Of a stretch of DNA of 64,000 nucleotides, positions 52,127 through 61,877 are shown one piece after another (within the stretch, counting starts at the first letter, position 1; each line of letters begins with the position of its first letter). Below the pieces are notes generated by a model. That model was not told the origin of the DNA and searched no databases. It saw only the letters and a program-made list of their open reading frames with translations. Origin of the DNA: an uncultured Clostridia bacterium (GTDB lineage Bacteria > Bacillota > Clostridia > TANB77 > CAG-508); NCBI GenBank assembly GCA_944388735.1, contig CALXJX010000002.1, positions 2,480 to 66,479 on the forward strand. Reading direction: 5' to 3'. Made by a program: the position numbers and the translations under genes.

Positions 52127-53509
52127 TTAAAATTCAATTTTTTCACTTATCCAATTTTCTAATTCATCAATTTTTACTCTAACCTGTTCCATAGTATCTC
52201 TATCTCTAATTGTAACAGTATCATCTTCTAATGTATCAAAATCTACTGTTACACAGTAAGGTGTTCCTATTTCATCTTCTCTCCTATAACGTTTTCCGAT
52301 ACTACCAGAAACATCATAATCACACATAAACTTTTTAGACAACTTCGTGTATACCTCTTCTGCCTTATCTGATAACTTTTTAGATAATGGCAATACAGCT
52401 ACTTTATATGGTGCCAAAGCTGGATGTAAATGCAATACAGCTCTTGTGTCTCCCTCAGCTATTTCTTCTTCGTCGTAAGCATTACATAAAAATGCTAAAA
52501 CTACTCTATCTGCACCAAGTGATGGCTCTATTACATAAGGTACATATTTTTCGTTTGTTTCTGGATCTTGATATGACAAGTCTTGTTTTGAATGATTTAT
52601 ATGTTGTGTTAAATCGTAGTCTGTTCTATCTGCAATTCCCCATAATTCTCCCCATCCAAATGGAAATGCAAATTCTATATCTGTTGTTGCTTTACTATAA
52701 AATACTAGTTCTTCTGGTGAATGATCTCTTAAACGTATATTTTCTTTTTTCATACCTAAACTTAACAACCAATTTTCACAATAGTCTTTCCAATATTTAT
52801 GCCATTCTAAGTCTGTTCCTGGTTTACAGAAAAATTCTAATTCCATTTGCTCAAATTCTCTTGTCCTAAATATAAAATTACCTGGAGTTATTTCATTTCT
52901 AAATGCTTTTCCTATTTGTGCTATTCCCATTGGCATCTTCTTTCTTGAAGTTCTTAACACATTTTTGAAATCTACAAATATTCCTTGTGCTGTTTCTGGT
53001 CTTAAATAAACAGTTGAAGTTGAATCTTCTGTAACTCCTTGAAATGTTTTAAACATTAGATTGAATTTTCTTATATCTGTAAAATTTGTTTTTCCACATG
53101 AAGGACATGGAATTTTATTTTCTGCAATGAAGTCAGTTAATTGTTTATCTGTCATTCCGTCTGCTATCATGTCTTTGCCTTGTTCGTGTGCCCATTCTTC
53201 TATTAATTTATCTGCTCTATGTCTAGTTTTACATTCTTTACAATCTATTAATGGATCTGAAAAACCGCCAACATGACCTGATGCTACCCATGTTTCAGGA
53301 TTCATTAATATTGCAGCATCTAATCCTACAATATTAGGCTGTTCTTGAATGAATTTTTTTCTCCAAGCATTTTTTACATTATTTTTTAATTCACAACCTA
53401 AAGGTCCATAATCCCAAGTATTTGCTAATCCCCCATAAATTTCTGATCCTGGATAAATAAATCCTCTGTTTTTACATAGTGCAACTAATGTTTCCATTGA
53501 TTTTAACAT
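52127..53509 (-). CDS. glyQS: Glycine--tRNA ligase (alpha2 homodimeric type)
   Basis: Class II aaRS motifs and a 460-aa GlyQS-type architecture with a C-terminal anticodon-binding domain. Confidence 0.93.
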   Translation of the reverse strand: MLKSMETLVALCKNRGFIYPGSEIYGGLANTWDYGPLGCELKNNVKNAWRKKFIQEQPNIVGLDAAILMNPETWVASGHVGGFSDPLIDCKECKTRHRADKLIEEWAHEQGKDMIADGMTDKQLTDFIAENKIPCPSCGKTNFTDIRKFNLMFKTFQGVTEDSTSTVYLRPETAQGIFVDFKNVLRTSRKKMPMGIAQIGKAFRNEITPGNFIFRTREFEQMELEFFCKPGTDLEWHKYWKDYCENWLLSLGMKKENIRLRDHSPEELVFYSKATTDIEFAFPFGWGELWGIADRTDYDLTQHINHSKQDLSYQDPETNEKYVPYVIEPSLGADRVVLAFLCNAYDEEEIAEGDTRAVLHLHPALAPYKVAVLPLSKKLSDKAEEVYTKLSKKFMCDYDVSGSIGKRYRREDEIGTPYCVTVDFDTLEDDTVTIRDRDTMEQVRVKIDELENWISEKIEF

Positions 53510-53514
53510 AATAA

Positions 53515-53800
53515 TTCCTCCTTTTTTAGCTAGAGTATTTCCTTATATTCTAAAAAAAATTTTTTTTTGCATATTTTTCAAAGTATGTTTAAATTAATAA
53601 TATTTTTCTAGAATATAAAAAACTTTCCTCCTTAGCTAAACTAAAATAACTTAGCTAGGGACGAAAGTTCTTCCGCGTTTCCACCCTAATTCTTAAATTA
53701 GATACATCTCTAATTTAAGCACCTTAATTGATAATTACTCCAAAGCTCCCCATACTTATTTATTACTGATATCTCACCGTCATCAGTTCTCTTTGAATAA
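53515..53800 (-). promoter_or_regulatory. T-box riboswitch leader for glyQS
   Basis: The minus strand carries AATTAGGGTGGAAACGCGG, the T-box consensus AAUUAGGGUGGNACCGCG, at 53673-53691. An upstream AGAGA stem-I region and a terminator/antiterminator between the T-box and the start codon are also present. Confidence 0.75.
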
Positions 53801-53957
53801 ATTTTACAGTATTTTTTCTTTTTCATCGTAATATTTTTTATTTGATTTCATATATTTTATTACCATTATTTTAAAAAGTCAACATTTTTTATAAAAAATA
53901 TTGCCAATTTGAATTTTTTGTGTTAAGATTATAGTTGTTCGTAACTAGAAAGTATAT

Positions 53958-54032
53958 AGGAGTATAGTGTTAATGGTAGCACATCGGTCTCCAAAACCGC
54001 TTGTGAGGGTTCGAATCCTTCTACTCCTGCCA
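53958..54032 (+). tRNA. tRNA-Trp (anticodon CCA)
   Basis: Acceptor stem AGGAGTA/TACTCCT, anticodon loop CTCCAAA, T-loop TTCGAAT, encoded CCA. Confidence 0.88.
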
Positions 54033-54099
54033 ATTTTATTATTTTTTACTTTTTATTCATAAAAACTCTATTATTTCTTTAAAATTAACATCCCTTCTG

Positions 54100-54172
54100 A
54101 TATTAATTTTAACAAATCAGAAAGCCTTAATATTTGTACTAACTTTATCTTTTCTCGTTGTCTTTCACTTTT
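54100..54172. repeat. Degenerate family A repeat fragment (aaatcagaaagccttaatatttgtactaactttatcttttctcgttgtctttcac)
   Basis: Matches the cggaaagcc ... ggctttcc core of 11970-12035 and 54885-54940 with several substitutions. Lies inside the open frame leading into the M23 peptidase gene. Confidence 0.4.
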
Positions 54173-54180
54173 CAAATAAA

Positions 54181-54787
54181 ATTAAAAAAGTAGGTGATCT
54201 TATTTTTGATATATTAAAAAAATTTATTTTAATATTTATTTTTCTTATACTTTTTATTTGTATATTTTTTATTCCAACATTAGATACTTATGGATTTTCT
54301 CAAAGCTTTCCTGAAAATTTTGAAATTATTGATTTTAATCCAGACGGTTTTGTTTGGCCATTACCTGGTTATACTAGAATAAGTTCGTATTTTGGTAAAC
54401 GAGTTTCTCCTACAAGTCGGTGCTTCTTCTTCCCATTCTGGCATTGATATTCCTGCTCCTCAAGGCACAAAATTTATAGCTGTTGCAGATGGCGAAATTA
54501 CTTTCAGACAATTTCTAGGTGCTGGTGGATATACTATAACACTTTCTTTTGATAATATTAGAGTTACATATTGCCATTGTGATCCTAATTTTATTGTTAA
54601 TGTAGGTGATAAAGTAAAACAAGGACAAGTTATAGGATATGTCGGGCCAAAAAATGTTTATGGTGTAAAAGGAAATCAATATTTTGATAGCAATGGTAAC
54701 CCCACAAATGGTGCTACTACTGGTCCTCATTTACATTTAGGTATTAGATTAGACGGCAAATATCAAAATCCTTTGAATTATTTTTAG
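54181..54787 (+). pseudogene. M23 family peptidase (LytM-like) with a 1-nt insertion near 54427 and no identifiable start codon
   Basis: Downstream frame 54392-54787 carries GIDIPAPQGT...HLHLG. The upstream frame reads ...FILIFIFLILFICIFFIPTLDTYGFSQ (TM or signal-like) ...SYFGKRVSPTSR. Deleting the C in agt[c]ggt gives PTSGASSSHSGIDIP. The upstream frame stays open back to tRNA-Trp with no ATG, GTG or TTG. Confidence 0.55.
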
Positions 54788-54799
54788 GATGTGCCAATA

Positions 54800-54943
54800 T
54801 TACGCAAGTAAAATTGTGTGCAGTCTTAGAGTAAAGCGATGTTCTTTAATAGGAAAACTCGATTTTTCCTATTAAAGAACATATCGGAAAGCCTTAAAAT
54901 TCGTACTAATTTAATCTTTTCTCGTTGGCTTTCCTATTGTAGA
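54800..54943. repeat. Family A composite repeat
   Basis: ttacgcaagtaaaattgtgtgcag..., the gaataggaaaactcgatttttcctattaaagaac hairpin, and atcggaaagccttaaaattcgtactaatttaatcttttctcgttggctttcc. Confidence 0.55.
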
Positions 54944-55061
54944 AAAAAAGTGCCATTTAATTATATCGGCACTTTTCTTACACAATTTATAGTTTTCTTT
55001 TTCAAGATTTTACTTTAATAATATTTATTTACTTGTAATCAATTTGCTATTTAACTCTATT

Positions 55062-55553
55062 TTACATGTCGTCTTCATTATCCTGGTTATCTTCATCATT
55101 TTCTTGATCATCACAACCATTACATCCATGACAGTCTCCATTACATCCATTTTCTGCATCATCATCTAGATTTCCTGACCAATCTAATTCTATGATATTT
55201 TGACATTCCGGACATTGAATTTCTGTCTTATTTTCATCAACATCAATTACAAATTCATAATTACAATATGGACAAACAATTTCAAAATCAAATCCGTCTT
55301 CTGAATAAATGTCTTTTTCGATATTGTCAATCACTTCTTGCATTTTGCTTAACTTGCTATTTAATTCTTTTTGTGTCTGTTCTAATTTAGCCATTTTATC
55401 TTCTTTATAGTCTATTAAATAATCCATTTGAGTTAAAACAATATCTAAAAAAGCTGCTACTCTTTGCTTTATATATAATAAATCATCTGGATCTTTTATA
55501 TTCTTCTCTATGTCTTCTAAAAATTTTTGATACTCATCTTTTAGTATTGCCAT
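55062..55553 (-). CDS. Cys-rich zinc-ribbon protein (CD1247 N-terminal domain-like) downstream of efp
   Basis: CPYCNYEF...CPECQN ribbon plus a C-terminal GCNGDCHGCNGCDD cluster and an acidic tail. Confidence 0.45.
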   Translation of the reverse strand: MAILKDEYQKFLEDIEKNIKDPDDLLYIKQRVAAFLDIVLTQMDYLIDYKEDKMAKLEQTQKELNSKLSKMQEVIDNIEKDIYSEDGFDFEIVCPYCNYEFVIDVDENKTEIQCPECQNIIELDWSGNLDDDAENGCNGDCHGCNGCDDQENDEDNQDNEDDM

Positions 55554-55569
55554 TAACGCCTCACCTTTC

Positions 55570-56136
55570 TTATACTCTTTCCATATATTCACATGTTCTT
55601 GTATCTATTCTAATAATGTCTCCAATATTTATGAATAATGGTACTTGAATTTCTAAACCTGTTTCTAATTTAGCTGGCTTTCCTGATGTTGTTGTTGTAT
55701 TTCCACTAAATCCAGGTTCAGTATATGTAACTTCTAATTCAACAAATGTAGGTGGTTCTACTGCAAATACATTACCTTTATATGATAATATAGTAACTTC
55801 CATATTCTCCTTTAAATATTTTAAACAGTCTCCTAATTGATCTTCGTTTAAAGGCATTTGGTCATAAGTTTCATTGTCCATGAAATAATATAACCCTCCG
55901 TCATTATATAAATATTGCATTGCCTTTTTTTCTATTTCTGCTGCTGGATATTTATCTGAAGGATTAAATGTTTTTTCCAATGTTGCTCCTGTAATTACAT
56001 TTTTTAGTTTTGTTCTTACAAAAGCTGATCCCTTTCCTGGTTTTACATGTTGAAATTCTACTACTCTATATACATTTCCTTCCATTTCAAATGTTGTTCC
56101 ATTTCTAAAATCTCCTGCTGAATATACTGATGCCAT
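55570..56136 (-). CDS. efp: Elongation factor P
   Basis: [13 protein letters not shown]...KPGKGSAF, with the conserved Lys loop. Start trimmed to the Met that has AGGAGA 8 nt upstream. Confidence 0.92.
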   Translation of the reverse strand: MASVYSAGDFRNGTTFEMEGNVYRVVEFQHVKPGKGSAFVRTKLKNVITGATLEKTFNPSDKYPAAEIEKKAMQYLYNDGGLYYFMDNETYDQMPLNEDQLGDCLKYLKENMEVTILSYKGNVFAVEPPTFVELEVTYTEPGFSGNTTTTSGKPAKLETGLEIQVPLFINIGDIIRIDTRTCEYMERV

Positions 56137-56268
56137 ATTAATTTCTCCTTTCAATTCTCTAAATCATTTTATATTTTTCCCTATAAATTATAAAGCTTTA
56201 TCAATTTTACTACATTTTTAGCTAAAAATCAATACTTTTTAAATTGTTATACATAACTTTTTAGCATT

Positions 56269-56445
56269 CGGAGGAGTTATAACTTTTTGAGTTAGCTCCT
56301 CGGCTTGCTCCATAGACTATAAATTCTATGTTTAAAATAACCGAGCCTCTCGTTAATCACGCTTCCTCAGTTATTTTAAACTAAGAATTTATACATCTAT
56401 TCCGCGGCACATTCGGAGCTAACTCAAAAAGTTATAACTCCTCCG
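56269..56445. repeat. Family D MITE-like element with perfect 31-bp terminal inverted repeats; carries the same 125-nt module as 32233-32451, in the opposite orientation
   Basis: cggaggagttataactttttgagttagctcc ... ggagctaactcaaaaagttataactcctccg. The reverse complement of the internal module aligns at about 90% with 32270-32400. Confidence 0.6.
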
Positions 56446-56483
56446 AATTTCGAAAAATTACTCCATTGAAATTTTATATCAAT

Positions 56484-57542
56484 TTATATGATAATATAAT
56501 TTTTCTCAGATTTTGTTAAACTTATACATCCAAATTTTGTTATTTGAACTGTATCTTCTATTCTAACGCCAAACTTTCCTGGAATATAAATGCCGGGTTC
56601 ATTTGTAACCACCATATTCTCTTTTAAAGGTAAATCTGACTTGTAATTAATATATGGTGCCTCATGTATTTCAAGACCAACACCATGACCAAGACTATGT
56701 ATTAAATCATAGCCATTTAATTTAAAATCATTTTCTACCATTTTAGTCAACAATCTTGTGTTTTCTCCATCTTTCATTTGCTCTATTGTTTGAACTTGAT
56801 TTTTCAAAACTAAATCATAAATAGGTTTTACTTCTTCTGGTACACTACCAACAAAAAATGTTCTTGTCATATCTGAACAATATCCATTTACTCTACACCC
56901 CATGTCAATTGTAATAATATCTTGTTTTTGTATTTTTCTTTCTGTTGGAACTGCATGTGGTTTTGATGTATTTTCTCCTGATGCTACAATTGTTTCAAAT
57001 GCCAATCCGTCTGTTCTTCTTCTAAAATAATTTTCTATTTCATCTGCAATTTGTTTCTCTGTCATTCCTGGCTTTATATATGTCAAAATATATGAAAAAC
57101 AATCATCTGTTATTTCAGCTGCTTTTTGCATTTCACGTATTTCTTCTTCATCTTTTATCATTCTTTGTTTTTCAATTATACTTTCTGTTTCTACAAAGTT
57201 GTTGATTTTATATTTTCTAATATATTCTTTATATTTTGAGTATGTCAAATAATTTTCTTCAAACCCCACATTTTCACAAAACATAAAAAAGTTTTCGTAG
57301 TCATCTCTTGAAACATCTGTGATATTATAAACTATTATCTCATCATATAAAGTTAATGTACTATGAACATACTCAATATATCTTCCATCTGTTATGTATA
57401 TATTTTCTTTTCTAGTTAATAATAAAACACCTTCTGCATCTATATTTGTTAAGTATCTTATATTAACTGGATTTGAAATTATAATCCCCTGCAAATCTAA
57501 ACTTGACATTTTATTTCTTAACCATTGTAACTTAGGATTCAT
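56484..57542 (-). CDS. Xaa-Pro aminopeptidase (M24B family)
   Basis: Creatinase-like N-terminal domain and M24 metal ligands (D...D...HGVGLEIHE...E...E). Confidence 0.85.
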   Translation of the reverse strand: MNPKLQWLRNKMSSLDLQGIIISNPVNIRYLTNIDAEGVLLLTRKENIYITDGRYIEYVHSTLTLYDEIIVYNITDVSRDDYENFFMFCENVGFEENYLTYSKYKEYIRKYKINNFVETESIIEKQRMIKDEEEIREMQKAAEITDDCFSYILTYIKPGMTEKQIADEIENYFRRRTDGLAFETIVASGENTSKPHAVPTERKIQKQDIITIDMGCRVNGYCSDMTRTFFVGSVPEEVKPIYDLVLKNQVQTIEQMKDGENTRLLTKMVENDFKLNGYDLIHSLGHGVGLEIHEAPYINYKSDLPLKENMVVTNEPGIYIPGKFGVRIEDTVQITKFGCISLTKSEKNYIII

Positions 57543-57614
57543 TTTTACATCCTCCGCTTCTATTTTCTTTTTTCATTTTATTATTATATATACTTACTAC
57601 GATTTTTATTCCTT

Positions 57615-58364
57615 CTATTTATACATTCCAAGTGTAAATACTTGCATTAAAAATGTCTTTATTGTTTCAAAAGGTACATACATGCTAATAAAAGTTGCTA
57701 TTACTATAAATGGTCCAAATGGAATATATTCATCTGATTTTTTTATCTTAGTTAACAATAAAATTACACTTAAGACTGCACCAATTAAAAAAGAGACTAA
57801 AGTTATAATGATGATATTTGATAATCCAAAAAATAGTCCTAATGCTCCCATTAATTTGACATCACCAAATCCCATTGCTTCTTTTCCATAAAACATTCCA
57901 CCAACTAGTGTTATCAATAAGAATATTCCTGCACCAGCAAACATTCCAAGTAACATGTTTATTGTAATTGCTACACTTGATAATCCATATAAAAATGCAA
58001 AAATAAGGCCTACTTCAAAAATAGTTAGATTTAATCTATTTGGTATTATTTGATATTTATAATCTATTATAAATGCTGACAATAACATTGGTGCTAATAT
58101 CATATATTTTATTAAATCTAAATTTGCAATTAATGTATCTTTTATTCCGTAAAAATATAATAATGTTACATATATTATAGCTATAACTAGCATTAATATA
58201 TAATTTGGCTTAAATTTCACTTTATATTCCTGAAAAATATCTTTTGATATAAAACTTTTATATTCTGGTAATCTTTTATTCGCCCAATCTACAAGTTGAC
58301 CTACTATTAGACTTAATATTACAGCTCCAATATAGTAGGCTATATGCACATCATTTATATACAT
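57615..58364 (-). CDS. Prepilin peptidase (A24 family)
   Basis: Polytopic membrane protein with GDVKL and IPFGPF active-site motifs. It lacks the N-terminal zinc-finger extension. Confidence 0.72.
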   Translation of the reverse strand: MYINDVHIAYYIGAVILSLIVGQLVDWANKRLPEYKSFISKDIFQEYKVKFKPNYILMLVIAIIYVTLLYFYGIKDTLIANLDLIKYMILAPMLLSAFIIDYKYQIIPNRLNLTIFEVGLIFAFLYGLSSVAITINMLLGMFAGAGIFLLITLVGGMFYGKEAMGFGDVKLMGALGLFFGLSNIIIITLVSFLIGAVLSVILLLTKIKKSDEYIPFGPFIVIATFISMYVPFETIKTFLMQVFTLGMYK

Positions 58365-58426
58365 TTTAAATCCAATCCTTTCTTGCTTTACTTAAAGTTC
58401 TAATAGATATGGAAATAATTTTCATA

Positions 58427-58930
58427 TTATTTCTCCTTTGTTGATTTATTTATAAATTTCTGTTTAATTTTATTTTCAATTGGCCTTTTCCATGCTGTAT
58501 ACCAATAATCTTTTCTATCTATTGGATCCACTAAAATAGTAAACATGTTACATCTATTTCCTCCAATGACATCTGTAAATATTTGGTCTCCTACAACTCC
58601 TATATTTTCAGGTTTTTCTTTTAAAATTTTCTGTACTTGTAAAAATCCGCTTTTAAATGGTTTTTTTGCAAGATTTTTATATGGAATCTCCAAAGTTTTC
58701 GCAACTTTTTCCACTTTTTCCTTATGATTTGTATTTGATAATATATATAACTTTGTTCCTTGGCCTTTTAAATCTTTTACCCATTCTATAATACTATCAG
58801 ACAAATTTTTTTGATAATCAATTAAAGTATTATCAACATCTAATATTAATGCTTTTATCTTATTTTTTTGTAAAAATTCTATTGTTATTTCTTGTACATT
58901 TCTTAAATATACATTTGGATATATCAACAT
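58427..58930 (-). CDS. YqeG family HAD-IIIA phosphatase
   Basis: LILDVDNTL motif I, SNT motif II and GDQIFTD motif IV. Confidence 0.75.
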   Translation of the reverse strand: MLIYPNVYLRNVQEITIEFLQKNKIKALILDVDNTLIDYQKNLSDSIIEWVKDLKGQGTKLYILSNTNHKEKVEKVAKTLEIPYKNLAKKPFKSGFLQVQKILKEKPENIGVVGDQIFTDVIGGNRCNMFTILVDPIDRKDYWYTAWKRPIENKIKQKFINKSTKEK

Positions 58931-59019
58931 TTCTTCCTCCGTTTAATTTGTATTTATATATTATCAATAGTTTAAAATTTTGTCAATTTATTTTTTATTT
59001 AAGTTTCGGCATTTGTGTA

Positions 59020-59150
59020 ACAGTTCAGAGGTCAATAGCAAAAAATATAATTTAATGCATCAGATTTGAATGTGCGTGGAATATTTGTGTGCAGTATCAG
59101 AGCGAAGCGATGTTCTTGAATAAGAAAAACTCGATTTTTCTTATTCAAAA
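59020..59150. repeat. Mosaic repeat (family D head, module fragment, and the GAATAAGAAAA hairpin)
   Basis: gtgtaacagttcagaggtcaatagc, gatttgaatgtgcgtggaata, tgtgtgcagtatcagagcgaagcgatgttcttg, and the gaataagaaaaactcgatttttcttattc hairpin. Confidence 0.45.
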
Positions 59151-59164
59151 ACATATTTTAAAAA

Positions 59165-59881
59165 TCAAACAATTTTTAGCAACTCAAAATTTAAACTATC
59201 TGCACTTACTAACTTAAAATCTATTCCAAAATATTGTCCTTCAACAGCCTCATTGATAGAACTTCCATGCAAATGTCCATAATAGCATTTTTTTATGTTA
59301 TTTTCTAATAAAATTTTTATAAATTCATTCATTTCATTATTTACTAAGTTTTTATATGTAATTGGTGGAAAGTGCATAAAAGCAATAACTGTTTTTTGTT
59401 CAGGTTCATCTTGCAACTTCTCTAAAGCCTTTTTTATTGACATTTCTAATCTTAAAGCTTCCCTTTTTATCATCTTCTTATCATCTGCTTCATCACTTAT
59501 ATTCCAGCCTCTTGTCCCTACAATAATAGTTTTTTCGAATTCATAACAGCTATTATATAAAAATTCTATATTTTCAATTCCATTTTCTTTTAAAAAATTT
59601 CTCATACTTGTAACAGTCGTCCACCAATAATCATGGTTTCCTTTTAATAATATCTTTTTGCCTGGTAATTCGCTCAAGTATTTAAAGTCTTTATATGTAT
59701 TTTGCAGATACATAGCCCATGAAAAATCTCCTGGTAATACTACTAGATCATCATTTTTTACTTTTTTTAACCAGTTCTCTTTTATTTTTATTTCGTGGTC
59801 TTTCCAATTTTCACCAAAAATGTTCATTGGCTTATTTTCTTGAAAAGATAAGTGTAAATCTCCTATTACATATATTGACAT
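59165..59881 (-). CDS. Metallophosphoesterase (calcineurin-like)
   Basis: GDLHL, GDF, GNHD and GHLH motifs. Confidence 0.75.
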   Translation of the reverse strand: MSIYVIGDLHLSFQENKPMNIFGENWKDHEIKIKENWLKKVKNDDLVVLPGDFSWAMYLQNTYKDFKYLSELPGKKILLKGNHDYWWTTVTSMRNFLKENGIENIEFLYNSCYEFEKTIIVGTRGWNISDEADDKKMIKREALRLEMSIKKALEKLQDEPEQKTVIAFMHFPPITYKNLVNNEMNEFIKILLENNIKKCYYGHLHGSSINEAVEGQYFGIDFKLVSADSLNFELLKIV

Positions 59882-59899
59882 ATTTTTTTCCTTTCTTTT

Positions 59900-59947
59900 G
59901 TGCCATTAGGGACGTGTTTTTTTGGCACAAAATACATTTTGCACAAG
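59900..59947. repeat. Family C repeat overlapping the tsaD 3' end
   Basis: gtgccattagggacgtgtttttttggcacaaaat. The last codons of the tsaD ORF (..VQNVFCAKKTRP*) are encoded by this repeat. Confidence 0.5.
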
Positions 59948-60938
59948 CTTTAAGTTTGGTATTGCATTTAAATTTAAGTCATCTCTCTTACCATTTATAT
60001 ATTGATAATATCCCGCTGATGCTATCATAGCTGCATTATCTGTACATAATTTTAAATCTGGCATATAAACTTTAATTCCTTGATTTTCTAAATTTAAAAA
60101 CTGACCTCTAATATAGCTATTAGCACTCACACCACCAGCTAAGGCAATTGTATTTACTCTTGTATTTTTTATTGCTTTTTCTACATTTTCTAATAATGTT
60201 TCTGTAATTGTTTTTTGGAAACTTGCACACAAATCCGCCTTATTGATATCTGGCTCTTTATGATGCAAATTTATAACTGCTGTTTTTATTCCGCTAAAGC
60301 TAAAATCTAATGTATCTTCTTGAAAATGAGTTCTAGGTAAATTTATTATTGGTTTTCCCTGTTTAGCCAAATTATCTACCTTTGGGCCTCCTGGGTATCC
60401 TAAACCTACTACTCTTGCTACTTTATCAAATGCTTCTCCTATTGCATCATCTCTTGTTTTTCCGTAATACTTCAAATTTCGTATAGTCTTTTACATATAT
60501 AATTTGTGTATTTCCTCCTGACATCATAACACATATAAATGGAGGTTCTAATTCTTTATACGTTATATAGTTTGCTGCTATATGTCCTTCTATATGGTTT
60601 ACTCCTACTAATGGTTTATTTATGGCAAAACTTAAAGCTTTAGCGTATGATAGTCCTACTAATAAAGCCCCTACTAGCCCTGGTCCATAAGTTGGCGTTA
60701 CAGCATCTATTTCATTTAATGTTATTTTTGCTTCTTCTAATGCTTTTTTAGTAACTCTAGAAATAGCTTCAATATGATTTCTTGAAGCTATTTCTGGAAC
60801 TACTCCCCCATATTTTTCATGAATGGGTATTTGTGTGTCTATTATGTTAGATAGAACCTCTCTACCGTTTTTTACAACTGATACAGAGGTTTCATCACAA
60901 CTTGATTCTATTCCTAATGTATATATATCTTTTTTCAT
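59906..60938 (-). pseudogene. tsaD: tRNA N6-adenosine threonylcarbamoyltransferase TsaD, frameshifted by a 1-nt insertion near 60464
   Basis: N-terminal ORF 60447-60938 ([20 protein letters not shown]..., HIEGH) ends FEVLRKNKR. Deleting the C in tta[c]gga gives [22 protein letters not shown], which continues into ORF 59906-60475. Confidence 0.85.
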
Positions 60939-61007
60939 TTTCTACTACATTCCTCCCTTAAGACTTTCTGATAGCCTTAATAGGTTATATTATTTAAATT
61001 ATAATAT

Positions 61008-61748
61008 TTATAGATTAAATATTGCTGTTCCTAATGACAGTATTCCATTACTTACTATATCTATTACTGGTGTTATTATATACCCTGCTATTCCTGTTAT
61101 CCATATTACTACAAATATAATATAAAATAGACTTTCATTATTTATAAACCAGTTTTTTGCTTTATATGGTAAAAATGGCATTATTACTTTTGATCCGTCT
61201 AATGGTGGCAATGGTATTAAGTTAAATACTCCTAATCCTATATTGATAGAAATTGCTGCACCTATTATTCTTGTTATTATATCTCCTTCTGTTGATAGTA
61301 TAAAATTTGCTCCTGCAAATTTAAATATCGCACAATAAATCAAAGTAAATATTATTGCTAATAAGAAGTTCATTAATGGTCCTGCTATTGATACAATTGC
61401 TTCTCCCTTTTCCATTGACATCTTTCTAGTGTATTTTGTAGGATTTACGTGTACAGGCTTTCCCCATCCGAATCCCGCAAATAATAACATTAATGAACCT
61501 ATTGGATCTAAATGATCAAATGGATTTAGACTTAGCCTTCCTTCTCTTCTTGCAGTGTCATCTCCCAATTTATCAGCTGCAAATGCGTGTGCAAACTCAT
61601 GAAATGTAATTGCTATTAGTACACCTGGTACACTTAATAGTAATGCAAATAATAGATCAGGATTAGCGATATATCTTGCTAATGCTCCTAATACTAATAC
61701 TGCTATTATTATATAAATCATCCTTTTATCAAATGAAAAATTAAACAT
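61008..61748 (-). CDS. M50 family (site-2 protease-like) membrane metalloprotease
   Basis: HEFAHA zinc motif within the first TM region, and a polytopic membrane topology. Confidence 0.72.
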   Translation of the reverse strand: MFNFSFDKRMIYIIIAVLVLGALARYIANPDLLFALLLSVPGVLIAITFHEFAHAFAADKLGDDTARREGRLSLNPFDHLDPIGSLMLLFAGFGWGKPVHVNPTKYTRKMSMEKGEAIVSIAGPLMNFLLAIIFTLIYCAIFKFAGANFILSTEGDIITRIIGAAISINIGLGVFNLIPLPPLDGSKVIMPFLPYKAKNWFINNESLFYIIFVVIWITGIAGYIITPVIDIVSNGILSLGTAIFNL

Positions 61749-61877
61749 TCACTTTCTCCTTTTCTTCCCCTTTGTGAAATTAGCTATTTATATATTTAGA
61801 CTGTATAGCATCATTTATGCTTAATATAACACTATCATCATAAATTTTTGCAGATATTTTCACATTTTTTTATCTTA

